The position numbers and the translations under genes were made by a program. From positions 30,022 to 94,021 of IMG/VR virus record IMGVR_UViG_3300030329_003334: a stretch of 64,000 nt of DNA, one strand, 5' to 3'. Origin of the DNA: a virus. Of this stretch, positions 10,310 to 20,061 are shown piece after piece; the stretch's first letter is position 1, and each line of letters starts with the position of its first letter. The notes under the pieces are model-generated. The model saw nothing but the letters and a program-made list of their open reading frames with translations. It ran no database searches and was not told the DNA's origin.

Positions 10310-11683
10310 TTATCTATATCTATCTTTTACTGATTTAGCTACTATTTCAAAATAACCACCATCCTTATTTTTAAATGATTTTTCAAACTTACCATCTATC
10401 CAAAATAATATTTGATTATTATCGTGATATTTTTCAAAACATTCTGGTAATCTTCCACAATCTAGAACAACAAAGTAAACCTTATCAGAATAGTCTTCAA
10501 TGGGATCGAAATAATCATATCCATCTGTTACTATAATACTTGGTCTATTTTGTTGTTTACTTTTATCTATACATTGCTTAATATCAGTACCTCCATCAAA
10601 TGTTTTACTGAAAATTTCACCCTCGTTTAATTTAACTAATTGATCAGTACTGGAAAATAAATATACATCTTTTAATATACCTAACTTTAGCATTTTATAA
10701 ACAAAAATTCTAGATAGTGTTCTCAAAGTGGTAGTTTTTGATTGTGATTCTGTACCATCATTAAAGTTAACTCTGCCGCACATTGATCCAGAATCATCTA
10801 TATAGACATCAAATCCCATATAATATTTTTTTTCATTTACAGATAAATCAGGATATAATACTTCATGTAAAAAGTTTTCTAAGTTATTAATATCATCTAT
10901 ATCATCTGCATCAAATAAAGAATCTTCATTAGTTTTAGCTATTCCTCCTATAGATTCTGTTGCATTAGTTACTATACTTTTAACAAATTGGTTTATTTGT
11001 CTTTTAGTTATATTAACTTTATTTAATATACCAGAGTCTAATAAAGAATCTACCATTTTTAAATCTGCAGGATGATTTCCTTTACCTATACCCATATCAT
11101 CTGCTTTTCTAATACTTTTTCTTATCTTATTCATAGCTCTAGTTGCAGCATTATTTAATCCTTTACCAATATCATTTTGATTAATGTCTTCTCCATTTTT
11201 TATTAATTGATTTAGATTATCCATTGTTTCTTTAAAGTCATGGCTAGAATTATCATAAAAATATTTTCCTAAAGTATCTATAATTACTTTAGCTGCTATA
11301 TAACTAAAACCAAATCTATCTTGAGTAACCATTCTTAATAAATGATTATCTAAACTAGATAGAAAATGATGAAACCAATACATTTTAGGATTTACTTTAA
11401 CAATTCTTTTTTCATTAAACCATAACTTAAAGCAATCTAATGCCGCAGATTTTCCATAACTTTGATCAATTACATCGCTCTCTGATTCTTGATTAACTAA
11501 ACCAATACCCTCTGAAAATTGTCTATAATATTGTGTATCTCTTAATTGCTTACATAACATATCAGCTATATAATTTTCTAGATTAGGTTTAATAATAGCA
11601 TGTTTTTGAACAGATAGATCCACATCGGGATCTATCCATTCATTCAAAATATTATTATTATTTATATTATTTGTGTAACTCAT
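10310..11683 (-). CDS. VWA-domain protein (ViaA-like partner of MoxR ATPase)
   Basis: MIDAS motif DDSGS, plus GGT and IIVTDG; adjacent to a MoxR AAA gene. Confidence 0.8.
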   Translation of the reverse strand: MSYTNNINNNNILNEWIDPDVDLSVQKHAIIKPNLENYIADMLCKQLRDTQYYRQFSEGIGLVNQESESDVIDQSYGKSAALDCFKLWFNEKRIVKVNPKMYWFHHFLSSLDNHLLRMVTQDRFGFSYIAAKVIIDTLGKYFYDNSSHDFKETMDNLNQLIKNGEDINQNDIGKGLNNAATRAMNKIRKSIRKADDMGIGKGNHPADLKMVDSLLDSGILNKVNITKRQINQFVKSIVTNATESIGGIAKTNEDSLFDADDIDDINNLENFLHEVLYPDLSVNEKKYYMGFDVYIDDSGSMCGRVNFNDGTESQSKTTTLRTLSRIFVYKMLKLGILKDVYLFSSTDQLVKLNEGEIFSKTFDGGTDIKQCIDKSKQQNRPSIIVTDGYDYFDPIEDYSDKVYFVVLDCGRLPECFEKYHDNNQILFWIDGKFEKSFKNKDGGYFEIVAKSVKDRYR

Positions 11684-11700
11684 AATTTTTAATTTTTAAT

Positions 11701-12843
11701 TTAAACAATATCATCACTATAATCATTATCATTAGCAGTAGCAAAAGTTACTTCTTTTAAAGTATCTAAAGCTCCATCTTGCCAAAATTGTAATAGATTA
11801 GGTTTAGACTTAAATTTATCGCGGTAGTATATTATTAAATCATCACTCGCTTTTTCATTGAAATGATTATTTAAATCTGCAGTTAATTCTTCTACTTTAC
11901 GTTTATAAGATCTCATTTTACCTAATTCGTCTAAATCTTCTAAAATATTAGATACATATACTTCTGTATAATTCTGATTATTTCCTGCTATAACACCTTC
12001 TAGCCCTTGAATTTTAGTTCTCAAATTGTTTTCTTTCTTTGTCTCTAATTTACTTGAAAGATCTGCAACGTGAGAAGGAGCTATAAGTTCACAACATTTC
12101 ATTAAAGCTTCTATTTCATCTACTTCATAGATTAATTTTATCGCTTTAACTAAATTATGTAAATATGATGCAGTTCTATCTGATACAGCTTCATATACTA
12201 CTTTAATAAATTTAACGATGTTTTTATCACTAATTTGTTCTTTATTTATATCCTCTTTTGTAGGCATAGGAATATCCAAATCTATAACTTTATTTTTCCA
12301 TATGTCTTTAAATTGTCCTGCACCAACTCTTTCAACTTTTTGAGTTAATACAAATCTATCCCAAAAAGGATTTTCTAATTCGTCTTCAGGTATTACATTA
12401 CATGATCCAGCAAATACCGTCCAATCGCATTTCTTTATTTCATCTCCATAAAATAAAGCTTTTTCTCTCATTACAGATAATAAAGTATTTCTTACTCCAG
12501 AAGTACCTTTATCTACCTCATTAATTAATAAAAATTCAGCATCTGCTATAGGCGCATCTATTTTATATTCTTTATCCTCCATTAAAGCTTTCATGTTTAC
12601 TCTACCCTTAATTTCAGAAGTTTTAGTACCTTCATCTAATTCTATAATAAAAGTTTTATCTTTTACTAGATCAGAGTTATAGTTATACTTTGCTGCAGCA
12701 TAATCTATTAAGCATTGAGTTTTTCCAACACCTGGTTCTCCTAATAATAAAACGGGAAGTTGTGTTAACTCCCCGAGCGCTAGTACTTTAAATGTTTCTT
12801 CTTTTCCTACTAATCTTGTTTTAATTTTTCTTATTGTTGTCAT
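11701..12843 (-). CDS. MoxR/RavA-type AAA+ ATPase
   Basis: LVGKEE...VLLLGEPGVGKT Walker A; FLLINEVDK Walker B region; NTLLSVMRE; FWDRF arginine finger. Confidence 0.82.
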   Translation of the reverse strand: MTTIRKIKTRLVGKEETFKVLALGELTQLPVLLLGEPGVGKTQCLIDYAAAKYNYNSDLVKDKTFIIELDEGTKTSEIKGRVNMKALMEDKEYKIDAPIADAEFLLINEVDKGTSGVRNTLLSVMREKALFYGDEIKKCDWTVFAGSCNVIPEDELENPFWDRFVLTQKVERVGAGQFKDIWKNKVIDLDIPMPTKEDINKEQISDKNIVKFIKVVYEAVSDRTASYLHNLVKAIKLIYEVDEIEALMKCCELIAPSHVADLSSKLETKKENNLRTKIQGLEGVIAGNNQNYTEVYVSNILEDLDELGKMRSYKRKVEELTADLNNHFNEKASDDLIIYYRDKFKSKPNLLQFWQDGALDTLKEVTFATANDNDYSDDIV

Positions 12844-13882
12844 ATTTTTTAAATTGATTTAAGTTAATAATTCCACTGTTGTTATATACTTCTTTCTTTA
12901 TTTCCCAGTTTTTAGTTTCTTGATGCCATTCTACCTCACTAATTAGTTCGGTTACACCTTTTACTCTTTTACCAGTATATAAAGATTTGCCTCCGTTCCA
13001 TCCTACTTCTAGATCTTCAGAGCTAGTTTTAAATATTAATGGTTGATTATTGCAAGCAGTTTCTGCAACTATAAATAAAAAAGGTTTTATTTCATATCCA
13101 GGATATAATATAGATAGATCTTTTTCTATAAATTTACTATAAATAGCTGCTTGTCTATAATAAGCATATTTTACATAACTAGATTCAAAACTATATACAG
13201 GTTTTCCTGTAGTTTTTAAATCTATTGCTTGAATAGTTTTAAGATGATGATCTATAATAACTTTATCTATCATTCCTCTAATTATATACTGTTTTCCTGA
13301 CTCAGTTATATATTCCATTTCAAATTCCAGCTGATTCTTTATTTCTTGTAAGGGCCCAGCTGTAATAAAATATTTACCAGTGTGCTCGGATGAAGTTAAC
13401 ATATTCACCATATTAACAGTTTGATTATATTCGTCTTCAGATAAGATAGTTTTATCTGTATTTTCTATTATAAAATTAACATACTCTTGAATATTAGGAT
13501 CTTCAAACTTTTTAATTACGGATTCAAATTTAATTTTAAATCCAGATGCTCCATATGCCATACCTCTTATTTCTTCTTCTAAAAATGAATCTTCAGCACA
13601 GTCTCTGTCTTTTTGCGCAGCAATTTTATACTTTATATACGCACTAATAAAATCTCCCATCATTCCACCAGGGGCTTCTAATTTAGAGACAACATATCTA
13701 TTTTTAAATTCATCGGGCTCAGTAAGCATACAATCTACTGCTGATCCTTTTCTAAAAAAAGTTGTATCCTCTTCTTTAGGATTAAGTATATGTTCTCTAT
13801 AAAATGTTGGACTATAATCCAATAAATTTAATGAAGAAAAACTTAACTTATGATTTTCTAATGTTTTTATTTGTTTTTCCAT
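12821..13882 (-). CDS. PD-(D/E)XK exonuclease, RecE/exonuclease VIII-like
   Basis: LSFSSL...GSAVDCML N-terminus; RGMID...IDLKTT; YYRQAAIY. Confidence 0.8.
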   Translation of the reverse strand: MEKQIKTLENHKLSFSSLNLLDYSPTFYREHILNPKEEDTTFFRKGSAVDCMLTEPDEFKNRYVVSKLEAPGGMMGDFISAYIKYKIAAQKDRDCAEDSFLEEEIRGMAYGASGFKIKFESVIKKFEDPNIQEYVNFIIENTDKTILSEDEYNQTVNMVNMLTSSEHTGKYFITAGPLQEIKNQLEFEMEYITESGKQYIIRGMIDKVIIDHHLKTIQAIDLKTTGKPVYSFESSYVKYAYYRQAAIYSKFIEKDLSILYPGYEIKPFLFIVAETACNNQPLIFKTSSEDLEVGWNGGKSLYTGKRVKGVTELISEVEWHQETKNWEIKKEVYNNSGIINLNQFKKYDNNKKN

Positions 13883-13883
13883 T

Positions 13884-14477
13884 TTATATTATTTGTAAAT
13901 TAAATACTAATTTTCTTTCGTCTACAGATTCTACATAAGATATTTGACCAGAACTTCTAACGATCTCTATACTATCATCAGATATTTTTCCACATTCTAC
14001 CAAAGTATCCAAAAACCATTTAGTCCAGGGCCATAAATTATCACAATCCCACGGTTGACCTTCGTCTGGTTTATATATATCTATCCATACTCTTAGATAT
14101 TCTCCTTTCTTTAATTTTATTATAGGAAGTTCATCTATATAAGGTTTTAGATATTCATGTACCCATCGAGCTACTTTAGCTCTAGAATGATAGTTCAAGC
14201 TACCATCATATATTCTCTGCCCATTAATAGTCCAGTATTTAGGTTTACCTGCTACTAAAGGATTAGACAATACTCTGTTGCCCACAGAGTCTACTAAAAA
14301 TCCTTTTTTATCCCAGTTATATTCTCCGCTTTTTAATCTTCTTTGATGTTTTTGAGGTAAATCTTCTGGTTTTAAAGAATCTTTAATTTTATTATAATAT
14401 TTAGCACGCCTTCTTTTTGAAATAGGGACTCTATTTTCAAAATTAGGGAGCACTACTTTCCACACATTTGCGCTCAT
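13884..14477 (-). CDS. rusA: RusA-like Holliday junction resolvase
   Basis: WDCDNL..TKWFLDTL...KISDD matches the RusA DxDN...K..D...DD pattern. Confidence 0.65.
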   Translation of the reverse strand: MSANVWKVVLPNFENRVPISKRRRAKYYNKIKDSLKPEDLPQKHQRRLKSGEYNWDKKGFLVDSVGNRVLSNPLVAGKPKYWTINGQRIYDGSLNYHSRAKVARWVHEYLKPYIDELPIIKLKKGEYLRVWIDIYKPDEGQPWDCDNLWPWTKWFLDTLVECGKISDDSIEIVRSSGQISYVESVDERKLVFNLQII

Positions 14478-14478
14478 C

Positions 14479-15480
14479 TTAAATTAATTTGGTTAATAAA
14501 TATTTTCCATTTTCACTTCCATACATACTTACATACTCACTTATATCTTTACAATGTGTTGAAGTAGGTATAAATACTATTTTAGCATTAGGAAGTATTT
14601 TTTGTAATTCTTTTGCACCTTTAATACCTGCATCATCATTATCATATAATATAACTATATTCTTATATTGAAGATCTAATGATTCGAGAATCTTATAGTC
14701 TATATGATTAGTTTCAGCTTGTGGTGCTATAGAATCTAAATTAAACGATCGTAAACACATCACGTCTTTCATTGATTTAGTGATCACGAGAGTTTCAGTT
14801 TCTTGTGTTAGTTGTGAAAATCCTTGAAGTTGTTTATTAGTTGCATTACTTAACCACTTATATTTACCTTTTTGAGCTTTAGGCCTATATACTTTTACTT
14901 TATTATCTCCAAGTCTATAACAATATATAGGGTTAGTTTTATAATATCTAAATATAAGTTTCTTATTTACAAATATATATTTAGCTGAAAATACATTATA
15001 TTCTTTAAGTATATTAATATCTATATTAAACTGAGCCCAGTATTCTAAATCTTCTTTAGTAAAATGCTGTGGTTTAAATTGTATTAGAGTATTCTTTTTT
15101 TCTTTAATTACTTCATTTTTAAAACACTCATATTCAATTTTTTCTGTAATTACATTATTAGGGCCATTTAATCCTAAATTCATATCAGAATTTATAATAT
15201 TAAGTGAGGTATTAAAAGTAGATCCAGTTATTAACATAACTAAATCAAAACAACTACCTTGGTAGCCGTTAAAATCTTTAAATCTCATTTCTCCTCCAGG
15301 AGCATAATATATATTAAATGATGGATTTTTATCTTTTCTAAAGGGACTATGATACATTTTCCCTAATTTAAAATCAAATCCTAAATAATGTCTAAATATT
15401 TCTTCTTCACTAGTAACATCAAGTATATCTTTTTTAGTTAAAGAGGGTTTATACTCTTCAACGTTTTCTAAATTATACAT
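14479..15480 (-). CDS. dnaG: DnaG-type primase (crAss-type TOPRIM)
   Basis: SPFRKDKNPSF...FKDF zinc-finger-like N-terminus; LVITKSMKDVMCL; ILYDNDDAG TOPRIM motif. Confidence 0.88.
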   Translation of the reverse strand: MYNLENVEEYKPSLTKKDILDVTSEEEIFRHYLGFDFKLGKMYHSPFRKDKNPSFNIYYAPGGEMRFKDFNGYQGSCFDLVMLITGSTFNTSLNIINSDMNLGLNGPNNVITEKIEYECFKNEVIKEKKNTLIQFKPQHFTKEDLEYWAQFNIDINILKEYNVFSAKYIFVNKKLIFRYYKTNPIYCYRLGDNKVKVYRPKAQKGKYKWLSNATNKQLQGFSQLTQETETLVITKSMKDVMCLRSFNLDSIAPQAETNHIDYKILESLDLQYKNIVILYDNDDAGIKGAKELQKILPNAKIVFIPTSTHCKDISEYVSMYGSENGKYLLTKLI

Positions 15481-15498
15481 AATATTATAGTTTTGAAA

Positions 15499-15577
15499 GA
15501 AACAGAAAAAGAGGAGTTTCGTCCTCTAGGAATGAACTTAATCGTCCTTTAGGCCTCTGTTATCTCCTCAGTTTCTG
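15499..15577 (-). promoter_or_regulatory. Structured intercistronic element: terminator-like hairpin with an alternative pairing
   Basis: On the minus strand GAGGA-CGAAAC-TCCTC-TTTTT; an upstream GAGGAG can also pair with CTCCTC; tandem CCTARAGGACGA repeats. Confidence 0.55.
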
Positions 15578-15594
15578 AATCAAGGTGGATCTTT

Positions 15595-16176
15595 CTAGAA
15601 TGGCAAGTCATCTGAATCAGTAGAATTTACTTCTACTTCTGCTTTAGCGCTTTCTTTTTCCATTTTATCATTATTTCCAATCTTTAATCCAGTTGGATTA
15701 GTTGTCATAATTTCGATAAAAGGACAGAAATTAGGTAAAGCAGCATAATCTCTGTAATTATATATAACTTTTAATCTTATAAGAGTACCTTGATATTTGG
15801 TTCCCATAAAATTAATTAAATTATCACATAATTCATTGAAAGTACTTCCGCTAACTGAAAAAGAGTTTGGATCTACAAATTTTGTACAGATATGCTTAAT
15901 TCTAATAAGCATATTATTTACTCTTCTTTTTGTAGCTTCTTCTTTACTTTCGCCTTCTTTCTTATTCACTCTCTCAGGATCTACATCCCATTCTAAGTGT
16001 TTAAGTTTGTTCCCTTCTAGGTCACTAAAACTAAAACATAAATAAGTACTACCATTGCTAGCAGTTTCTTTACTAATGTTTTCTAAAGTACAGTTATCGT
16101 TTATTCCTACAGGAATACTTGATACTGAACTTTGTTCTTGCACTTGCGTGCTCTGATTAATTTCATACATACTCAT
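15595..16176 (-). CDS. ssb: Single-stranded DNA-binding protein
   Basis: Acidic C-terminal tail ending DSDDLPF; located in the replication block. Confidence 0.75.
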   Translation of the reverse strand: MSMYEINQSTQVQEQSSVSSIPVGINDNCTLENISKETASNGSTYLCFSFSDLEGNKLKHLEWDVDPERVNKKEGESKEEATKRRVNNMLIRIKHICTKFVDPNSFSVSGSTFNELCDNLINFMGTKYQGTLIRLKVIYNYRDYAALPNFCPFIEIMTTNPTGLKIGNNDKMEKESAKAEVEVNSTDSDDLPF

Positions 16177-16208
16177 AATAATTTAAATTTAAATTGGTTA
16201 CTAAAATA

Positions 16209-16895
16209 CTATTTTAATTCGAAATTAGCAAATGCATCATCTTCTTTTTCAACATTGCTATCTTCTTGATTATCAGACTGTTGTACTTCTTGAGAATCAT
16301 CTGTATGATTTTCATTAGTACTATTGTCATGAATTTCACTACTAGAAGACGTAGAAACAACTTCACCTCCAGATTTTTCTATAGCTTGATGTAAATCATT
16401 TATAGTATCTTGAGCTTTTTGTTCATTACTTTTTTCACCAGGAGGATGTTCTTTTATATAAGCTACTGGTACATCTTCTGCTTCTTCTTCTATATTTTCT
16501 TCCCACCCATCATTATCTTCTTCAACTTTAACAATTTTATAAAATACATATTCAGGATAAGTTGTACTATATATAGCTTCTTCACATACATACATATCTT
16601 CTTCTCCAGTTCCTGGTAATCCCATATATGATCTTATATCTCTGTCATGAGGTATATTTTTAATATATCCTTGCTTATTTACAGCTACACCATCTCCATC
16701 AGGAGCAGTATATATATGTAAATCTTTTTCGCCTTCACTTGGGTATGCTATACCTATTCTGTTATTATTAGCGTCTATTTTTAATCTAGACATTAGTGCT
16801 GGTGATAGTCTCATTTGGCCTTCGCCTTTTAATTTTATAGCTAAACTATCTCCGAAAGAATTCAATCTTTCTCTTCTTTTTCCAATTAGTTTCAT
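16209..16895 (-). CDS. Hypothetical protein with long acidic C-terminal tail
   Basis: 228-aa ORF, co-directional with neighbours. Confidence 0.6.
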   Translation of the reverse strand: MKLIGKRRERLNSFGDSLAIKLKGEGQMRLSPALMSRLKIDANNNRIGIAYPSEGEKDLHIYTAPDGDGVAVNKQGYIKNIPHDRDIRSYMGLPGTGEEDMYVCEEAIYSTTYPEYVFYKIVKVEEDNDGWEENIEEEAEDVPVAYIKEHPPGEKSNEQKAQDTINDLHQAIEKSGGEVVSTSSSSEIHDNSTNENHTDDSQEVQQSDNQEDSNVEKEDDAFANFELK

Positions 16896-16897
16896 AT

Positions 16898-17041
16898 TTA
16901 TTTATTTTTATTTGGTTTATCAAAATTTTTCATGTTTTTCATGAATTTTTTATTATCTTCTATTTTAAGACCTTGCTCTAAAGCATATTTTGCTAGTAAT
17001 ATAGTTCCTATTATTACTAGTATTAAAATTAATATATACAT
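16898..17041 (-). CDS. Small membrane-anchored protein (47 aa; not in ORF track)
   Basis: MYILILILVIIGTILLAKYALEQGLK...NK*; fills the gap with 2-nt spacers on both sides. Confidence 0.6.
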   Translation of the reverse strand: MYILILILVIIGTILLAKYALEQGLKIEDNKKFMKNMKNFDKPNKNK

Positions 17042-17043
17042 AA

Positions 17044-17724
17044 TTAGTTATAATATTCGTTTATAGTTTTAATTACATTACTTATATCATTTGGAATCTT
17101 AAATTCAAACATATCTCTAGGAGATTTTGCAGTTGTAGTTCCATCAGATTGAGTTATAAAATTATATATTCTCTCACCGTCAGCATTTAAAGACACGTCT
17201 GTAAATAATACTACAGTAAACATACCCTCCATAGTTATTACATTATCTACTAATTTGCCTACAGTTTTAAATTTAAGTCTTCTACTACCTGATAAATCTG
17301 TAGATTGCTCAGCATGCCCAATCATTACAAAATTAATATCTTCTCTCATATTTTTACCAGCTGTAGCGATCTCCCATGCATGTAATCCTATCTCTGTAAA
17401 TTTATCAAATCCACGTTCATTGGCCCTACGCATGTATTCATTAGCCATTATATATTGAAAATCATCTATAATTACATTCTTAATATGAGGCATATTTTCA
17501 TCTATATGTTTCATAGTTTGTACTATAGTAGAAGCTCTATCAGATTCTATATAATTACCTTGAGGATTTTCTTTAGATAATTTAGTATAATTACCTTTCC
17601 ATCCTCTAAATGGCATAGGCTTATTACCTACATTTACAATGAATGTTTCTTTAGGGTCTAAGTTTTCTAAACTAGTGGACTTCCCTGAACCACTTTCTCC
17701 GATAATTAAAATTTCTTGTGACAT
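17044..17724 (-). CDS. AAA_24/Sak4-like P-loop ATPase (recombination)
   Basis: ILIIGESGSGKSTS; VIIDDFQY; GH; KTVGKLVD; AKSP. Confidence 0.8.
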   Translation of the reverse strand: MSQEILIIGESGSGKSTSLENLDPKETFIVNVGNKPMPFRGWKGNYTKLSKENPQGNYIESDRASTIVQTMKHIDENMPHIKNVIIDDFQYIMANEYMRRANERGFDKFTEIGLHAWEIATAGKNMREDINFVMIGHAEQSTDLSGSRRLKFKTVGKLVDNVITMEGMFTVVLFTDVSLNADGERIYNFITQSDGTTTAKSPRDMFEFKIPNDISNVIKTINEYYN

Positions 17725-17725
17725 T

Positions 17726-18769
17726 TTATTCTTTTTTGTTATTATTTATTTTATCTATATCTTCTATTTTTAACTGACCTTTTTCATCAGGTATATCATA
17801 TTCATCTACTCTATTATATTTTAATATGTCTACCATACTCATTACTATTCCAGATTCTCCATCTCTATTTTTTAAAATATGCCAATATATCATTGGTTGT
17901 GATGGTTTTTCAGGATTAATAACAGGTAAATGATGTGGGCCATATGTTTGCATATTAAGCATATATGGTTTATGTGTAATTAAAACATAATCTGATCCAT
18001 GAAATACAGCATCTGATCCAAAAATATCTTTTTTCATAGGATAATTTTGCATAGGATTAGTCATTCTATCAGATTTTTCTATCTCTCTATTTAACTGACT
18101 TATAACTATAAATATACATTTAATTTCCTTTTTAGCTAGCATCATCATTCTATATAATTTTACTAAACTTTCTCTTTCACTGTCTCCAGCTTTATGTTTA
18201 GTTAATAAAGTGTGATCTATTAATATTACAGTTCCGTATTCTTCATCTTGAGTTTTAGTTTTTCTCATCTCATGAAAATGCATAATAGTATGATACATCT
18301 CTTCTACTGTACCAGGAATATCTACATAATATATACTATATTTTCTAGATATACTATTTACTACATTCTCTGCTCGTTGATACATTTCATCATCTAAGTC
18401 TTCATTGCTAGAATATAACTGACCTACAGTTCTATATAATTTATGAGATATTTTTCTACCTACTTGTTTCATTGCTAGCATCTCAAAGTTAAATGATAAT
18501 ACTGAAAAATTTTCATCAGGATTGTTATCAAAAAGACTAGTTTCTAAATCATTTGCTATACTTGATTTACCAGAACCAGACATTCCTGCTATTGTCATTA
18601 TCACGTTCCAATCTAATCCACCCATAGTTGCTTTATTAAACTTATCCCATCTAGTTGCTAAAGAATGTACTAATCCTTTTCTACGTTGATCTATGTATTC
18701 TAAGATTTCTTTTCCTGCATTTCTAATATGAGAATAAGTTAATGTTTTTTTAGATGACTTTTCCTCCAT
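17726..18769 (-). CDS. dnaB: DnaB-like replicative helicase (C-terminal domain)
   Basis: AGMSGSGKS; FNFEM; LIDH; SQLNR; KNRDG. Confidence 0.88.
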   Translation of the reverse strand: MEEKSSKKTLTYSHIRNAGKEILEYIDQRRKGLVHSLATRWDKFNKATMGGLDWNVIMTIAGMSGSGKSSIANDLETSLFDNNPDENFSVLSFNFEMLAMKQVGRKISHKLYRTVGQLYSSNEDLDDEMYQRAENVVNSISRKYSIYYVDIPGTVEEMYHTIMHFHEMRKTKTQDEEYGTVILIDHTLLTKHKAGDSERESLVKLYRMMMLAKKEIKCIFIVISQLNREIEKSDRMTNPMQNYPMKKDIFGSDAVFHGSDYVLITHKPYMLNMQTYGPHHLPVINPEKPSQPMIYWHILKNRDGESGIVMSMVDILKYNRVDEYDIPDEKGQLKIEDIDKINNNKKE

Positions 18770-19412
18770 AATCTATGTTGTTGTTGTTATTATTATTTGT
18801 ATTTTTCATGTGCTCTTGTACATCTATATATACTTCATCTCTTAAATAATTTTTAAGAGTTTTAATATACATCATTTTTCCGCTTTTTTTCAAATTATCT
18901 ACATAATAAGATAAAAGTTCTAACATTTTTTGATGCTTAAGTTTATTAGATTTTAAAATGCCTATATATATTTCTTTGCATAATTTTTTCTGTAATCTTA
19001 AACTTGATTCTGCTCCATTAGATCTCAAAGTGCTTAAAGGATATGCTTCATAAAATTCTTCAAATTCTTTAATATACTTTTCTAATGCTAAATCGTTTAG
19101 ATCATCATCTCCTAATAGTAAATTATCAGCTTTAGCGTCTGCAAAACTATCTACCATAGATTTAATAAATCTTATTCCTTTAGCGGTTGGCTTAAATCCA
19201 TCCAAATTAACTTCTTTGGCATCTCTTCTCACCATTATATATTTTGCTTTGACTAAAGGAGCAACATCTTTCATTGTTATTGTATCTATTTCTTTATAAG
19301 TACGTAATAAATATACTTTATTATATACATAACAATATATTATAAAATAATCTTTTAGACTTAAGTTATTATCTATTAATATGTTGATAAAAGGTTTTCC
19401 AAATGGTATCAT
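18750..19412 (-). CDS. Putative replication initiator/helicase loader
   Basis: FEEFYEAYP motif of phage replication proteins; overlaps the DnaB start. Confidence 0.45.
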   Translation of the reverse strand: MIPFGKPFINILIDNNLSLKDYFIIYCYVYNKVYLLRTYKEIDTITMKDVAPLVKAKYIMVRRDAKEVNLDGFKPTAKGIRFIKSMVDSFADAKADNLLLGDDDLNDLALEKYIKEFEEFYEAYPLSTLRSNGAESSLRLQKKLCKEIYIGILKSNKLKHQKMLELLSYYVDNLKKSGKMMYIKTLKNYLRDEVYIDVQEHMKNTNNNNNNNIDYGGKVI

Positions 19413-19645
19413 TTTCCTTTTTTAATTTCTGCTTCCCATTCAGCCCAAGTTTCATGCATTTGTTCTGCTTGTTCCGCTGTTATAAATTGTTTTTCTTTTA
19501 AATGTATTTTATGATCATGTTCTTCTTCAAAAAATATTTCTTTTGTTTTAGTAGCTTTATATATATTCCACAATTTTCCTCTAAAAAATATTCTTTTAAT
19601 CTTTTCCTTCTTCTGGTTTGCTAGCTTTTTTAACTGTTGTATCAT
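19409..19645 (-). CDS. Hypothetical protein
   Basis: Overlapping ORF in the operon. Confidence 0.55.
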   Translation of the reverse strand: MIQQLKKLANQKKEKIKRIFFRGKLWNIYKATKTKEIFFEEEHDHKIHLKEKQFITAEQAEQMHETWAEWEAEIKKGK

Positions 19646-19934
19646 AATTTGTAAAGTTTAGTGAAATTAATAATAAAATTATATATCCTGCTAGATCCCA
19701 TAATGAATCTGCTGTCTTACTTGTAATTCCTCCATTTTGTAATCTATGTAGTTTATCATCTATTCTACAACATAATCCAAATTGTTTAGGAGTCATTGCT
19801 TCCATATTCGATTTTGTTCCAAATATAGGATCTCCTTGAGTAGCAGAATCACCATAGTCTTGATTTTTAGCAGTAAGTAAATTAATTAATTGTTCACCTA
19901 CTTTTTTAATTTTCCATTGTGTGTGTTTTTCCAT
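19596..19934 (-). CDS. DUF1599 / nucleotide modification associated domain 1 protein
   Basis: LLTAKNQDYGDS...RIDDKLHRL...DSLWDLAGYIIL. Confidence 0.8.
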   Translation of the reverse strand: MEKHTQWKIKKVGEQLINLLTAKNQDYGDSATQGDPIFGTKSNMEAMTPKQFGLCCRIDDKLHRLQNGGITSKTADSLWDLAGYIILLLISLNFTNYDTTVKKASKPEEGKD

Positions 19935-19947
19935 AATTTTAATTTTA

Positions 19948-20061
19948 AAGGGCGAGGTCGGCCAAGTATTTATGGTGGCAGTCTCCCTATCATATAAACC
20001 ACATTTGACATTTTTAAAGCTAGCTCGTTAGACTCTAAAATACTCAACCTGTTTGGCCCTT
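19948..20061 (-). promoter_or_regulatory. Structured intercistronic RNA element
   Basis: Alternative closings AAGGGC/GCCCTT and GGCCAA/TTGGCC; inner AGTATTT/AAATACT stem. Confidence 0.45.

Noticed and set aside
14760-14790. Primase TOPRIM glutamate replaced (ITKSMKD)
   Set aside because: To my knowledge this is usual in crAss-like primases, so it is not evidence of a pseudogene or of novelty.
15505-15577. Hammerhead-like cores CTGAGGA...GAAA on the minus strand
   Set aside because: Stems II and III cannot form; GAGGAG/CTCCTC pairing explains the sequence better.
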